Assembly: GCA_965249305.1 (NCBI GenBank)
Contig: OZ252228.1
Span: 3,172,284-3,236,283 of the forward strand
Direction of reading: 5' to 3'
DNA: 64,000 nucleotides
Origin: Candidatus Latescibacterota bacterium
GTDB taxonomy: Bacteria; Latescibacterota; UBA2968; GCA-2709665
In this document: positions 1 to 9,490 of the stretch, piece after piece
Layout of the letters: the number at the start of each line of letters is the position of its first letter
Position numbering within the stretch: position 1 is the stretch's first letter
Translations under genes and position numbers: made by a program
The notes under the pieces: model-generated
The model's input: the letters and a program-made list of their open reading frames with translations, nothing else
What the model was told of the DNA's origin: nothing
The model's database searches: none

Positions 1-801
1 GACTTTGCCGTCATAGGTCTTGTGCCTTCCGCTTCCCTTTTCCCGTTTTGGTCCGGTGTAGAGATAGCGCATATTGGCGTCGCAGCGCAATTTGCCGATC
101 TGGTGTAGATCCAAATCACGGACGCCATCAACAAATTTCTTCTTGCTAAAATAGCCATCGACAACGGTATATTTTTCATTCTCTAACAAGCTGGGTTTGA
201 CATCACTCAGGTGCTGTAAATACTGATCTGTTAGGGTTTCGACGTCTTCTGCCTGTTTGGAGCTTTGCTTTTTCGACTTGGCTTTCCCCTTTTTTTTGGT
301 GCCCTTTTTCTTGACGGTCCTTTTCTTTTTATTGACCTTGACGACATCCTGTTTAGGCTTAGACTCAGACATTTGGCGTTCATCTCCAGGATCGGTTTGA
401 CGAACGGACAGCGTAAAGCCTGTGTTTCTCAAAACATCCACGATGGCCACACTGGAGACTTCCAACCCCTTTTCGCTCCGACGATGACAACCGTTCCAGA
501 AATAATCCAGACCATAGGTCTGCTTGCCCGACTTGGACACAAAAGAAGCATCTAACACGATGATCCGTTCACTTTCTCTGCCCAGGCTTTCATTGATCAC
601 CGCTCGGTTGAAGGCCACAAATTCAAAGGGTTTGGCAAACTGGCGTGAATACGTCTTCTGTGACAAAGGAGAGTAACGCGATAGGTTACGAAAATTGATC
701 TTGCCGTGAGCTGTTAGGATCGCTGTAAACACAGCCATCAGAAACTTTTTTTGAGGCTTGGAAATCTTGAAACTCTTGAGTATCTTTTCTGCCAGTTCCA
801 T
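1..801 (-). mobile_element. DDE-type IS transposase, partial: N-terminal ~267 aa in window, C-terminus lies beyond the window start
   Basis: I translated the minus strand by hand. ATG at 801..799 sits 9 nt after a GGAGAG RBS and the ORF runs to the window edge: MELAEKILKSFKISKPQKKFLMAVFTAILTAHGKINFRNLSRYSPLSQKTYSRQFAKPFEFVAFNRAVINESLGRESERIIVLDASFVSKSGKQTYGLDYFWNGCHRRSEKGLEVSSVAIVD... followed by a Lys-rich tail. The VLDASF...KSGK..YG..YFWNG block is typical of the first catalytic D region of IS4/IS701-like DDE transposases. It is missing from the ORF track because the ORF has no stop in the window. The listed 686..913 ORF is an overlapping frame. Confidence 0.55.
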
Positions 802-1060
802 TGTGCCGTCTCTCCAGATAAAGGGTATCGTTGACGTGGTGGTCTATGATACCTAATCTGCGTGAACGGCACTTTTTTGTCAAAGAAAACTGTCCGCCAT
901 ATTGAGGGTACATAGATTCGAAAAAAATTTCAAAAAGGCTCAGTGGAGGGCCGAAACGCTGTGCTCCGGGTACTCATGTGCCTTCGAGTAGGCGGCGGTG
1001 GTGGTGAGACGGCGTGAGGCGGCCTCACAGATTTTTTCGCCTGTAACCGTTTAAGTGGTT

Positions 1061-1099
1061 TTTCTCCGCGTCCTCCGCGTCCTCCGCGTCTCTGCGGTG
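1061..1099. repeat. GC-rich CTCCGCG-type tandem/hairpin repeat (copy 1): TTTCTCCGCG(TCCTCCGCG)2TCTCTGCGGTG
   Basis: Direct tandem of TCCTCCGCG x3, 16 nt 3' of the thiI stop. A near-identical motif recurs at 28154..28183. Confidence 0.6.
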
Positions 1100-1115
1100 A
1101 TCGCTTACTTTCGCC

Positions 1116-2288
1116 TTACAGTTGAAACCGCTTGGTCTCCACCGCGTTCAGCGTCTGCTCGACGAGGGGGTCCAGGTCGAGTTGGGACTCGATGGCCCGG
1201 ACGGTGTCCAGATTAGCGCGGGTTTCGGGATGTTTGGGGACAAAGACGGTGCAGCAGTCTTCGTAAGGTTCGATGGAGGTTTCGTAGGTGCCGATCCGTT
1301 TTGCTTCGGCAACGATTTCTTCTTTGTTGTCGCCGGCTAAGGGACGCAGGATGGGCAGGGGAGTGATTTCTTCGATGGCCCGGAGGTTGGAGAGGGTCTG
1401 GGAGGCGACCTGGCCCACGTTTTCGCCGGTGACCAGGGCCTGCGCACCTTCCTTAGAGGCGATGGCTTCGGCGATTCGGAGCATGACGCGGCGGTAGAGA
1501 ACGACGCGGTAGCCGGGGAGGGCGTGGGTCATGATGTGCCGCTGGATTTCGACAAAGGGGACCAGGTAGAGGGTCGATTTATACTGATGGTGGGTGAGGA
1601 TGCGGACCAGCTCTTCGGTGTTTCGCTGGGAGTTGCGGTCGGTGTAGGGCTGGCTGTGGAAGTGGACGAAGACGAGCCGCACGCCCCGCTTCATGATCCG
1701 GTACGAGGCCACCGGGGAGTCGATACCGGAAGAGAGAAGGCTGACGGCCCGTTCGCTGACGCCTACCGGCAGGCCACCCGGTCCCGGGAGCTTTTGGGTG
1801 TAGATGAAGGTGCCCTGGTGGGAGAGTTCAATAAAGCAGGTGAGGTCAGGGTCCTCCATTTTTACCTGCGCCTGTGAGCGGTCCTGGATGTGGGCGCCCA
1901 CGTCGCAGTTAATTTCATTCGAGTTCATGGGGAAGGTTTTGTCGGCACGTCTGGCGGCAATTTTGAAGGAGGCGAAGCGGGCTTTCTGAACAACGGCCCA
2001 GGCGGCCTCCCGGATGGCTTCGATGGCGGAGGGGACACGGACGGCCTCGGAGAAGTTGGCCACGCCAAAGACGCCGGAGAGACGTTCGCGGACAATGCCG
2101 AAGGGCGTATCGGGCGTAAGCTCCAGGAGGATACGGCCGGTGATGCGGCGCACAGCGCCACGAGGAACGCCTTTTAAGGCCTGTTCGATGTTGCGCAGGA
2201 GCTGGTTTTCAAACCGGCTCCGATTTTTGCCTTTCAGGCCGACTTCGTGGTAGTGAATGAGGAAGAGCCGTTCCGATGCGGCGTCCAT
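1116..2288 (-). CDS. thiI: tRNA 4-thiouridine(8) synthase ThiI (THUMP + PP-loop ATP pyrophosphatase)
   Basis: 390-aa ORF with the PP-loop motif LLSSGIDSPVASY and an N-terminal THUMP-like region (IHYHEVGLKGKNR...). Confidence 0.88.
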   Translation of the reverse strand: MDAASERLFLIHYHEVGLKGKNRSRFENQLLRNIEQALKGVPRGAVRRITGRILLELTPDTPFGIVRERLSGVFGVANFSEAVRVPSAIEAIREAAWAVVQKARFASFKIAARRADKTFPMNSNEINCDVGAHIQDRSQAQVKMEDPDLTCFIELSHQGTFIYTQKLPGPGGLPVGVSERAVSLLSSGIDSPVASYRIMKRGVRLVFVHFHSQPYTDRNSQRNTEELVRILTHHQYKSTLYLVPFVEIQRHIMTHALPGYRVVLYRRVMLRIAEAIASKEGAQALVTGENVGQVASQTLSNLRAIEEITPLPILRPLAGDNKEEIVAEAKRIGTYETSIEPYEDCCTVFVPKHPETRANLDTVRAIESQLDLDPLVEQTLNAVETKRFQL

Positions 2289-2298
2289 GAGAACCTCG

Positions 2299-2538
2299 TT
2301 AAATAGGTATTTCCTCGCCGTGTTCCAGACGATCGGCCATGACCCGCAGGGCCAACGCTTTGACCTTCACGACCGCCTCTTCCCGATTCCGTCCATAGGC
2401 CATTACACCCGGTAAGTCGGACACTTCAGCGATCCACCGACCATCTTCTTCTTGCTCAAGCTCTATCTTCATAAGCTTATACCTCCCCTTCTTTTGAATA
2501 TCACCATTGGCCCTTTTTTTGTCAAGCCGCTTGCGCAA
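2299..2538 (-). CDS. HicB-like / UPF0150 family antitoxin-like protein (likely start at the MKIELEQ Met near 2472)
   Basis: MKIELEQEEDGRWIAEVSDLPGVMAYGRNREEAVVKVKALALRV matches the HicB/UPF0150 fold signature (DG.w.A.vpdLPGc...G.t.eEA). No hicA partner ORF is present. Confidence 0.5.
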   Translation of the reverse strand: MRKRLDKKRANGDIQKKGRYKLMKIELEQEEDGRWIAEVSDLPGVMAYGRNREEAVVKVKALALRVMADRLEHGEEIPI

Positions 2539-2543
2539 ACACT

Positions 2544-3431
2544 TTACCGATTGTCCAGCCGACTCAGAAACTCATCGAGCCATTCATCGGGCCCCCCGTG
2601 CCCGGCGAATTTTTGCTGAATCTCCTCATCGGTATGGCAGTCCGATCCGCCCGTTGAAAATAACCCGTGCTGTACGCAGTATTCGCGATAGCGCAGGGTG
2701 TACTCGGGCGGTACCCCCGGATGGGCGCATTCGATGCCGTCAAGCTGACATTCCGCGCGAAGGGCATCCATTCTGGAGATGTCGCCCTGGTTGAAGTACC
2801 CGTGCGGGTGCGCGATGGCTACCAGGGCGCCGGCCCGTTTGACGACCGGAACCACATCCGCTACGTGCGGGTAGGGCGGAAAGTGGACTTTTCCCCGGGC
2901 CTGTTTCAAGACGTCGTTGTAGTCTTCTTCGGTGTCGATAAACCCCTGTTCCACACAATAGGCGCGTATCACCTTTCCTCTCACGTGCGTGTTGCCCTGT
3001 ACGTCTATGGCTTTGGACGGGCGATAGGATTTGAGCAGGTCCAGACGATGGGCGTCGGTGAAGTCGTGACCCATCGCCTGCAGGCCTCTGGATAGGGCCG
3101 CGCCCGAGGCCCGCTGCCAGGCGTGATAAGCGCTCAGGAGGTTCTGTAATTCTTCCGGAAACGGATTCGGGAATCCGTAGCAGAGCAGGTCGACGGACCC
3201 GATGGAGGTGGTGACGCTGAGTTCCGCCGAGGGGATGGCGCGTACGTCCGGATAGTCCTGAGCGATCTCGAGGACTTCCTCCAGAGAGTCCAGGATGTGG
3301 TGATCGGTAATGGTTATGCAGCGCACGCCGAGTTCACGGGCACGCTTAAAATGATTCTCCGGGTGCGCTGTGGCGTCGTAGCTCCAGTAGGTGTGGAGGT
3401 GCAGATCATAGGGTGCGTTCTGAGTGTTCAT
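2544..3431 (-). CDS. PHP (polymerase/histidinol-phosphatase) domain metal-dependent phosphoesterase
   Basis: N-terminal YDLHLHTYWSYDA motif and a ...ITDHH... motif, 295 aa. Confidence 0.8.
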   Translation of the reverse strand: MNTQNAPYDLHLHTYWSYDATAHPENHFKRARELGVRCITITDHHILDSLEEVLEIAQDYPDVRAIPSAELSVTTSIGSVDLLCYGFPNPFPEELQNLLSAYHAWQRASGAALSRGLQAMGHDFTDAHRLDLLKSYRPSKAIDVQGNTHVRGKVIRAYCVEQGFIDTEEDYNDVLKQARGKVHFPPYPHVADVVPVVKRAGALVAIAHPHGYFNQGDISRMDALRAECQLDGIECAHPGVPPEYTLRYREYCVQHGLFSTGGSDCHTDEEIQQKFAGHGGPDEWLDEFLSRLDNR

Positions 3432-3525
3432 TGAGGATCTCCTACTCTTGAGCCTTTCGACGTTTCTTTTTAATGAGGATCAGCAAAAGGGCAAAAACGA
3501 CGTGCGTACTGTCTGAGTCTGCTGC

Positions 3526-4020
3526 CTAACCCCCCGACTTCCTCCGGCGGACGGTCTGGATGGTCTCGTCGAGACGCTGGAGAAAGCGGGAGCGATCTCG
3601 TTTCTCGAAAGGAGCCGGTCCCCCCGTCATGGTACCGAGGTCGCGGAGGTGAGACATGAGCTCCCGCTTTGCGAGGGCTTCGCCGATGGTGTCATCGGTG
3701 AAAACCCGCCCCCGTGGACCGAGTACCAGAACACCCTTTTCCAGGCACCGGGAGGCAAGGGGGATGTCTCCCGAGATCACGATATCGTCCTCGGTGACAT
3801 GCTCGACAATCCAGTCATCGGCCGCGTCGAGCTGCCCATCCACAACAACCAGTTCGAGCCAGTCCTCAGCCGGCACCCGCATCCACGCGTTCGCCACCAG
3901 GATGACTTTGAGCCCATAGCGTTTTGCCACACGGTAGACCTCCTCTTTCACCGGGCAGCCATCGGCATCGACGAAGATGTCAAACAACCCCGGACCTTTC
4001 GCTACGATGGTGCGAGACAC
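3526..4020 (-). CDS. YaiI/YqgF-like UPF0178 (DUF188) family protein
   Basis: IFVDADGCPVK near the N-terminus is the UPF0178 signature; 164 aa. Confidence 0.75.
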   Translation of the reverse strand: MSRTIVAKGPGLFDIFVDADGCPVKEEVYRVAKRYGLKVILVANAWMRVPAEDWLELVVVDGQLDAADDWIVEHVTEDDIVISGDIPLASRCLEKGVLVLGPRGRVFTDDTIGEALAKRELMSHLRDLGTMTGGPAPFEKRDRSRFLQRLDETIQTVRRRKSGG

Positions 4021-4040
4021 GCTTCACAAAACGATGCGGA

Positions 4041-5132
4041 TCAGGCATAAAACCACCCGGTAGAGAAGATTTTGAGCATAACTTCGCCGTTTCCCTGGGT
4101 GCTTTCCGGGCACGTATACCAGGTGACGAAGACTTCATCGTCGAGGAAGGTCACAGAGGGATACCCATTGCTATGTCCCTTCCGATCTTCCAGGGTGCGG
4201 ATATGTTCCCAGGTCCGTCCCCCGTCCCTGGAAATGGCGCTGCACAGAGGGTTTCGCGGGTGATGCGTAATGCCCCTCTCGCCGGCGCCTTCCCGCAGCC
4301 CATAGGGGACGGCATTGTTCCAGATCAATAACAGATGATCGGTCCCTGGAATGGTTTTCAAGCAGGAAGCCGAAGACGGCGACGGCAGCCCGGTCGGTTT
4401 CCCCGTCTGCCAGGTTTCACCCCGGTCGTGGGACTCGGTCCGGTAGAGTTCCCCCAGGCTGGTTCTCAATACGGCAAAAAGAGAGCCATCGGGACACTCA
4501 CCCACCGCCGGCTCTTCCGCCCCGCGTTTGGGCAAATCCACTTTCTGTCGGCTGGGCTGCCAACTCCGTCCCTCATCGTCCGAATAGAAGCAAAACGCTT
4601 CCCAGTGATCGCCCGAACCATACATCGGACCGGCATGGCAGGGCAGGATGATCCGACCCGAGCTGTGCTGTAGAATATGGTCCGCGTTTGTGAAATACAC
4701 CCCTCCGGTGGGTGAAATCTGTTCGATTGGCCCCCACGTTTCACATTCATCCAAAGACCGTTTGATGTAGATGCGCAGGTCCTGTTTTTGAATGTCGCGC
4801 TCGGTAAAGGAGAACAGAATCTCGCCGGAGGCCAATCGGAGGAGGTTGGGATGCTTCACATTGTCAACCCCGCGATTTTCCTGCAGCGTGAAACGGCCGC
4901 TCCAGGTCCTCCCACGATCGGTGGAGATCCTGGCCGAGATCTGGCAGGGAGCGTCATCCTGGCTCCCTCCCTTGTCGTAGGGTGAGCGAAAGATGAGGCT
5001 GGGCCGGCGCTGGTAATATTCACACCAGACCAGCATCAGGCGGTCTTCGCTCAGGGGAAAGATGAGCTGGTGGTCATTACGCGGGTGCTCGGCAGCCCAC
5101 GGTGTCAGGCTGCATGAGTAGATTTCGTCCAC
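4041..5132 (-). CDS. BNR-repeat exo-alpha-sialidase-like glycoside hydrolase (GH33-like)
   Basis: Four Asp-box (S-x-D-x-G-x-T-W) motifs: STDRGRTW, SDDEGRSW, SHDRGETW, SRDGGRTW. Confidence 0.7.
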   Translation of the reverse strand: MDEIYSCSLTPWAAEHPRNDHQLIFPLSEDRLMLVWCEYYQRRPSLIFRSPYDKGGSQDDAPCQISARISTDRGRTWSGRFTLQENRGVDNVKHPNLLRLASGEILFSFTERDIQKQDLRIYIKRSLDECETWGPIEQISPTGGVYFTNADHILQHSSGRIILPCHAGPMYGSGDHWEAFCFYSDDEGRSWQPSRQKVDLPKRGAEEPAVGECPDGSLFAVLRTSLGELYRTESHDRGETWQTGKPTGLPSPSSASCLKTIPGTDHLLLIWNNAVPYGLREGAGERGITHHPRNPLCSAISRDGGRTWEHIRTLEDRKGHSNGYPSVTFLDDEVFVTWYTCPESTQGNGEVMLKIFSTGWFYA

Positions 5133-5156
5133 AGGATCAAATCGTCTCCCTTGCGA

Positions 5157-6479
5157 TCAACGTGTCAGTGTCTCAAGCAACTCGACGCTGGTATCGGCCC
5201 ACAGCTCTGCGGTTCCTTTTGGCGCGCGGACGTGCCGACAGAGCCTGGTCTCATAGCTTCCCTCGTCGAGTGCCTGATCGGTTGCTACGTAGCCGACGGA
5301 ACCATTCGCCAGTCCCACGACCATCGTCTGGTCCATGGGAGATCGGGCCTTGATGTCCAGCCCGACCTCGGCAAACACCTCTCCGTGCAGTCCGACAATC
5401 CCCAGGTCGCCAATCCGCAGCGCCTGCACGGGGATGTCCCACTCCGTCGCGCTTTCGTTGAGAAGAACGATCTCGCGCGCATATATCCACTCCGCGTCGC
5501 TCCAGTTCTCGCCGGACGCATACAGTTCCCTGGCCGAGGCAAGCTCCTCGGCAGTCGGTGTTCTTGCAAGGAAGGGAATCCGCCTCAGGATCGCTCTTAG
5601 GGCGATATCCGACTTGAAATCATCTTCCCGGAGCAAATTCCATTGTTTCCAGGTCTCCGCCGCAACGACATTGCCCACCCGCTCAATTTCGCTATAGGCG
5701 TGCGTGGGAGGCCGGGCGGGACGGGAAAAGTCGCAGTTGTTTATGTCGCCCTGGCATCCGTTGGCCATAATGGCAACAAACTCCGCCCCGGCCATCCGCT
5801 GGAGAGCAGCGCCGAAAGCACTGAAGTAGTCAGCCGACACCCAGCTCCCCTGAGACGAACCCACGTAGTGCAGCGACAGGTTCGCATACACCGCAACAGG
5901 ATGCCGTCCTGTCGGCTCACGGATCACCAGCAGGCCCAACCGGGGATCCGTGGGCCCCGCCGGCCTGATTGCATCCGGATTCTCGTACCCCGGGTTCATG
6001 CGAACCGAACCGTCTTTCATGTGCCAGCGACGGTTATGGACCTCTTCGGCGCAGTTGCCCGACGCGTGCGCTGCCTCGGCGGGCACCTGATCTCGGACTG
6101 CCATGAGCATCGCATCGGCGATCTTGGGGATGAGGGACTCCGCGTACTCCGGCTCATCGGGCGTACCCAGTGCGCCCACCGCACTGGGCGCCGTATGCGT
6201 ATGCGTCGGCGATATCAGCACGTGATCGGGTGGAATCCCCGTCTGCTCACTGATCCGGGCCTTGGCAGCCTCAATCACGCGAACCGGAATGTCGATCAGA
6301 TCACAGCTTACCAGACCCAGGGTCATCTCCCCATCACTTAACGCGATCGCTCTCACATACAACTCGTCGTGGATGCGGTCGGCCGTCCGGTCCTGGAAAC
6401 TGCCGACGAGGTGACACCCCAGATCCGGCGTGATATTTGTCTTTGCCGCTCCCGCCTTCAACGTTCCCATCGTTGCCAT
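5157..6479 (-). CDS. Neutral/alkaline ceramidase-like hydrolase (N-terminal catalytic domain family)
   Basis: N-terminal LKAGAAKTNITPDLGCHLVGSF....DELYVRAIALSDGE..LVSCDL matches the bacterial neutral ceramidase N-terminal motif (GAA+vDITPp.G..laGy...a.GvhDpLyARAl). 440 aa. Confidence 0.6.
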   Translation of the reverse strand: MATMGTLKAGAAKTNITPDLGCHLVGSFQDRTADRIHDELYVRAIALSDGEMTLGLVSCDLIDIPVRVIEAAKARISEQTGIPPDHVLISPTHTHTAPSAVGALGTPDEPEYAESLIPKIADAMLMAVRDQVPAEAAHASGNCAEEVHNRRWHMKDGSVRMNPGYENPDAIRPAGPTDPRLGLLVIREPTGRHPVAVYANLSLHYVGSSQGSWVSADYFSAFGAALQRMAGAEFVAIMANGCQGDINNCDFSRPARPPTHAYSEIERVGNVVAAETWKQWNLLREDDFKSDIALRAILRRIPFLARTPTAEELASARELYASGENWSDAEWIYAREIVLLNESATEWDIPVQALRIGDLGIVGLHGEVFAEVGLDIKARSPMDQTMVVGLANGSVGYVATDQALDEGSYETRLCRHVRAPKGTAELWADTSVELLETLTR

Positions 6480-6557
6480 TCCTCCCCTCAGATGTGTGTG
6501 CGTATGTCCTTCACTCGTCTCCCTTATCCGCTGTGTTCCGCCTCTCCAGATAGGGGG

Positions 6558-6872
6558 TTAGGCACGGCTTGGGCGCAGGTCGATGTATCGCCCGTTGCCC
6601 GCCTCGCCCCGCACGAGATAGACCGGGATGGGATGTTGGTCCATGTCCACCCACGCGGTATCACTACTGCAGTAGCGAATCGTATATCCCGCTCGCCTTC
6701 GTGCGCTACGGTTCGATCCGCTGGCGTGCAGAAGAAATGAATCGGGAATGGACACACTCCCGGCTGCCATCTGGAGTATGACGGCACGTGTTTCCATCTC
6801 GGGTGTCACGACGATCTTTTTGCTCCGGGTTATGCCTTCAAATCCAGGCTCCATGACCCCGCGCCCTTCCAC
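6558..6872 (-). CDS. Hypothetical; possible C-terminal fragment of a PhyH-family (phytanoyl-CoA dioxygenase-like) Fe(II)/2OG oxygenase
   Basis: The tail LHASGSNRSARRRAGYTIRYCSSD resembles the PhyH C-terminal H.S..N.S...R..... block. It is only 104 aa and overlaps the DoxX gene by 43 nt, so it may be a remnant. Confidence 0.25.
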   Translation of the reverse strand: MEGRGVMEPGFEGITRSKKIVVTPEMETRAVILQMAAGSVSIPDSFLLHASGSNRSARRRAGYTIRYCSSDTAWVDMDQHPIPVYLVRGEAGNGRYIDLRPSRA

Positions 6873-7252
6873 AGTAGATAGAGGCTCAGCGCAATCACTA
6901 TCAACGGGATTATCGGCTCACTCGGCTGTAAAGGGAACAAGGAAGGATCGTCAACCACCACATGTACGTACGTCGCCACCACCATAATGCCCATGACCAC
7001 CCCTACCGCTGGCCGGACGAATCCTCCGGTAGCGAGCACAACGCCGAGCAATATCTCAAGAAATGGCACCGTCCACCGCGTGATTGAGTATAACGGCAGG
7101 TTGGCCGCCAACAACTGACCTGACCAGGCATCGGCGAGCATTGGTACGAGGAGTTTCATTGTTCCGGTCATAAGAAACAGGACCGCCAGGAGGAGCCGGA
7201 TACCGCCTGCCAGCTTGTTATTAGAGGTTTGTCGAATGTCATCCAGGGTCAT
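6830..7252 (-). CDS. DoxX family membrane protein
   Basis: 140 aa with four predicted TM helices and the DoxX-like pattern (LLLAVLFLMTGTMKL...). Confidence 0.65.
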   Translation of the reverse strand: MTLDDIRQTSNNKLAGGIRLLLAVLFLMTGTMKLLVPMLADAWSGQLLAANLPLYSITRWTVPFLEILLGVVLATGGFVRPAVGVVMGIMVVATYVHVVVDDPSLFPLQPSEPIIPLIVIALSLYLLWKGAGSWSLDLKA

Positions 7253-7362
7253 CGTAGCGGTCCCTCCTTAAGATGATGCGTGTCTGTGCTACTGCATAAC
7301 GTTAGAGTTCAGCTGCGTGTCCGGACAATCACCACAGTAGCACGTCGGCTGCAACGATCTCG

Positions 7363-7581
7363 TTAGGAGTCTTGTCGCACTGGGGGAGCAAGGATGGTTC
7401 TGTCGCTTTCATTCTGTTTCTGTCTGGCATTTTTCAGTATACGATCAATGTCGAAATCCATAGGCTTCGCCAGGGCCTCCTTGATCCGTCTCGTTTCTCG
7501 GATGACCTCATCTGTGGTTTCTTCTTTGTTGATCTGTCCCATAGCGATCAATCTCCTCGTGGGTATTTTCATAGGGCTCAA
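7363..7581 (-). CDS. Hypothetical small protein (possible RHH/antitoxin-like)
   Basis: 72-aa ORF next to the R-M / toxin-like genes. It has no strong motif, only an IDRILKNARQ helical segment. Confidence 0.3.
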   Translation of the reverse strand: MSPMKIPTRRLIAMGQINKEETTDEVIRETRRIKEALAKPMDFDIDRILKNARQKQNESDRTILAPPVRQDS

Positions 7582-7633
7582 AGCACAAACGGCGACACGC
7601 GATCGAGACGACCGACACGTGCTGACGAAATCG

Positions 7634-8038
7634 TTAAAGCAACTCGGCTCGCTTCAAGCGGCTGATGAGAGCCGGCCGTCTGGAGTAAGTTCGTTCGATT
7701 TCTTCAATCCGATTCCGAACTTTCGCCAGGGTTCCTTGATACTCGGCAAGATCATGGAGTTCTTTTAATCGTTTTACCGCCTTGTCATAAGCCGAGGGCT
7801 GCCTCTCCTGAATGAAAGCATCAACTTCTCTCCAAACCTCGCTCTCTTTCTGTGCCAATGCCTCCAATTTGCGCCGTCGAGCAAGTTCCGCCTTGCGTCG
7901 TTTTTCCTCATCCTTCTTTTGACGCCAGGTTGCTGCGGCTTCAATCAACGCTGAGATCGTCCTTTTTTCTGCATCTGAAGATTGCCTTACAGGTCGATCT
8001 TGAGCTGTAAGCTCCTTAAGCCGCCTGTTCAGAAGCAC
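7634..8038 (-). CDS. Hypothetical all-helical, highly charged protein (possibly the C-terminal remnant of a larger gene)
   Basis: 134 aa, K/E/R-rich coiled-coil-like sequence. No upstream partner and no recognisable domain. Confidence 0.35.
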   Translation of the reverse strand: MLLNRRLKELTAQDRPVRQSSDAEKRTISALIEAAATWRQKKDEEKRRKAELARRRKLEALAQKESEVWREVDAFIQERQPSAYDKAVKRLKELHDLAEYQGTLAKVRNRIEEIERTYSRRPALISRLKRAELL

Positions 8039-8159
8039 TGACAGATTCTTCTCTCCCCGTACTGGTATTCACTCATTGTCTCCCTCCTGATTTTGTACCT
8101 ATTTTTTGGTGTCTCAGGTGGGAAAATCTTCGTCGTTTCGCGCTCTGCAATATCAGCAA

Positions 8160-8384
8160 TTAGTTCAACCCTAAGCCAACCACTAAACCCACAGCAATGC
8201 CTAAACCAACAAACATAGACCCTACGACCACACCAATGGCGACATTACCTTCGCCTAATTGCTTCGACGTATCAAAAGGTGTAATCCAGTCCAGTATTTT
8301 ATAACCCAATACCATCAATAAAATGGTCAATAACGCGCCTAAAATCGCATAAATAAAATTTGATACAACAATGGCTATTTCCAT
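8160..8384 (-). CDS. DUF350-like small membrane protein
   Basis: 74 aa with two TM helices (AILGALLTILLMVLGYKIL...GVVVGSMFVGLGIAVGLVVGLGL). It lies in an AT-rich islet. Confidence 0.55.
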   Translation of the reverse strand: MEIAIVVSNFIYAILGALLTILLMVLGYKILDWITPFDTSKQLGEGNVAIGVVVGSMFVGLGIAVGLVVGLGLN

Positions 8385-8393
8385 GATTCACTC

Positions 8394-9080
8394 CTATCTT
8401 AATGTTTGTTTAATGGATTTAATTTTCGTTACATAGCCCAAGGTTTCCTTACTATGTTTACCTGTAACCTTAGGCAAGGTTTGTTCTATAGAACTCCATA
8501 AATCAGGATTTATACCCGAACGTTTTGCGCGTTTTTGCGCTTTAATAATATTCCCCTTACCTGCATTATAAGCGCCAAATGTGAAATTCAGGCGGTCTTG
8601 AAAAGGCCGATCTGCCTTAAATAAATTCCATATAGAACGGTTATAGGAAATGCCCGCGGCAATATTCCACTTTGGACTGTTACTACTGCCTTTAATATAC
8701 CGATGACGCTTAATAATCTCTTCGTAAGTAGCCGGCATGATTTGCATAAGCCCAATAGCACCCACATGGGATTTAGCGTTTTTTTTAAGTCTCGATTCTG
8801 CTATTGCCTGCGCCTTAAAATGATGCCAGTTGAAAGCCGGGCCAAAATTACGTTTGGTGTATTTTGAGAAGTAATGATCATAACGGGTGACGTTATTATA
8901 AAGGCGGAAGTCTTCTCCATCCCCATTGTTGTTATACAAAAAGTTGTTTTGGTTTTCCGCGAAAGCACCATTGGTCCCAAAAACATTCCCCTGTATAAGA
9001 ATCAATGTCATCAAAATTAAGGTTTGCTTTTTCATTATGTTAATATTTTCCATTCCTGGCGGGAATTTACTCTGTTTCAT
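8394..9080 (-). CDS. Lytic transglycosylase (SLT domain) lipoprotein-like protein (probable start at the MKKQTLILM Met, about 9035)
   Basis: SLT catalytic signature AIAESRLKKNAKSHVGAIGLMQIMP...AYNAG, with a signal-peptide-like N-terminus. The DNA is low-GC and flanked by GC-rich sequence. Confidence 0.75.
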   Translation of the reverse strand: MKQSKFPPGMENINIMKKQTLILMTLILIQGNVFGTNGAFAENQNNFLYNNNGDGEDFRLYNNVTRYDHYFSKYTKRNFGPAFNWHHFKAQAIAESRLKKNAKSHVGAIGLMQIMPATYEEIIKRHRYIKGSSNSPKWNIAAGISYNRSIWNLFKADRPFQDRLNFTFGAYNAGKGNIIKAQKRAKRSGINPDLWSSIEQTLPKVTGKHSKETLGYVTKIKSIKQTLR

Positions 9081-9316
9081 CTCCGCTTTCTCCCTCGGCG
9101 CCGATATGCAGTGTTTGCTTCCGGATCTGGGACATAAATTACTCTCACATAGCGGCCTGCGGAAGTCTGGCCTATCGCAACCCTCGAGTCTTCTTGACCC
9201 GGTCGGTCTTCACCCGGCCGTAATAGCACCTCTTCAACTTCGGACTCAGATACACTATGGCGGTAAATTATGAGGTAATCCCGTTTCTGGGTCGATGAAG
9301 AAACGAACTTCCACAA
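9077..9316 (-). CDS. BrnT/DUF4258-like small toxin-fold protein (weak)
   Basis: YRHSVSESEVEEVLLRPGED.....RVAIGQTSAGRYVRVIYV resembles the BrnT/DUF4258 pattern (HgV..eEveEvl......d........g.t..GR.l.VV.). No antitoxin partner was found. Confidence 0.3.
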   Translation of the reverse strand: MWKFVSSSTQKRDYLIIYRHSVSESEVEEVLLRPGEDRPGQEDSRVAIGQTSAGRYVRVIYVPDPEANTAYRRRGRKRR

Positions 9317-9490
9317 TATCGTCCCTCATTCCTTGTTGGTGGCTAACTATGCAATTGAGAAGGTCTACATAGCGCCAGTGCGGGTCCGGCGCTTTCCAGA
9401 ACTTTAGACGCCGCAATGCTCGCCTAACCTGCTCTCTCAGGCGCTTTTCCTCACTGCCAGATGCCGGTATGAAGAAAACGCATCACGTGT

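Noticed and set aside
265-555. 96-aa plus-strand ORF at the window start
   Set aside because: It is low-complexity (F/L-rich) antisense to the clearly coding IS transposase frame on the minus strand.
686-913. 75-aa minus ORF listed in the track
   Set aside because: It is an overlapping frame. The transposase-like protein is read in the adjacent frame starting at ATG 801 with a GGAGAG RBS.
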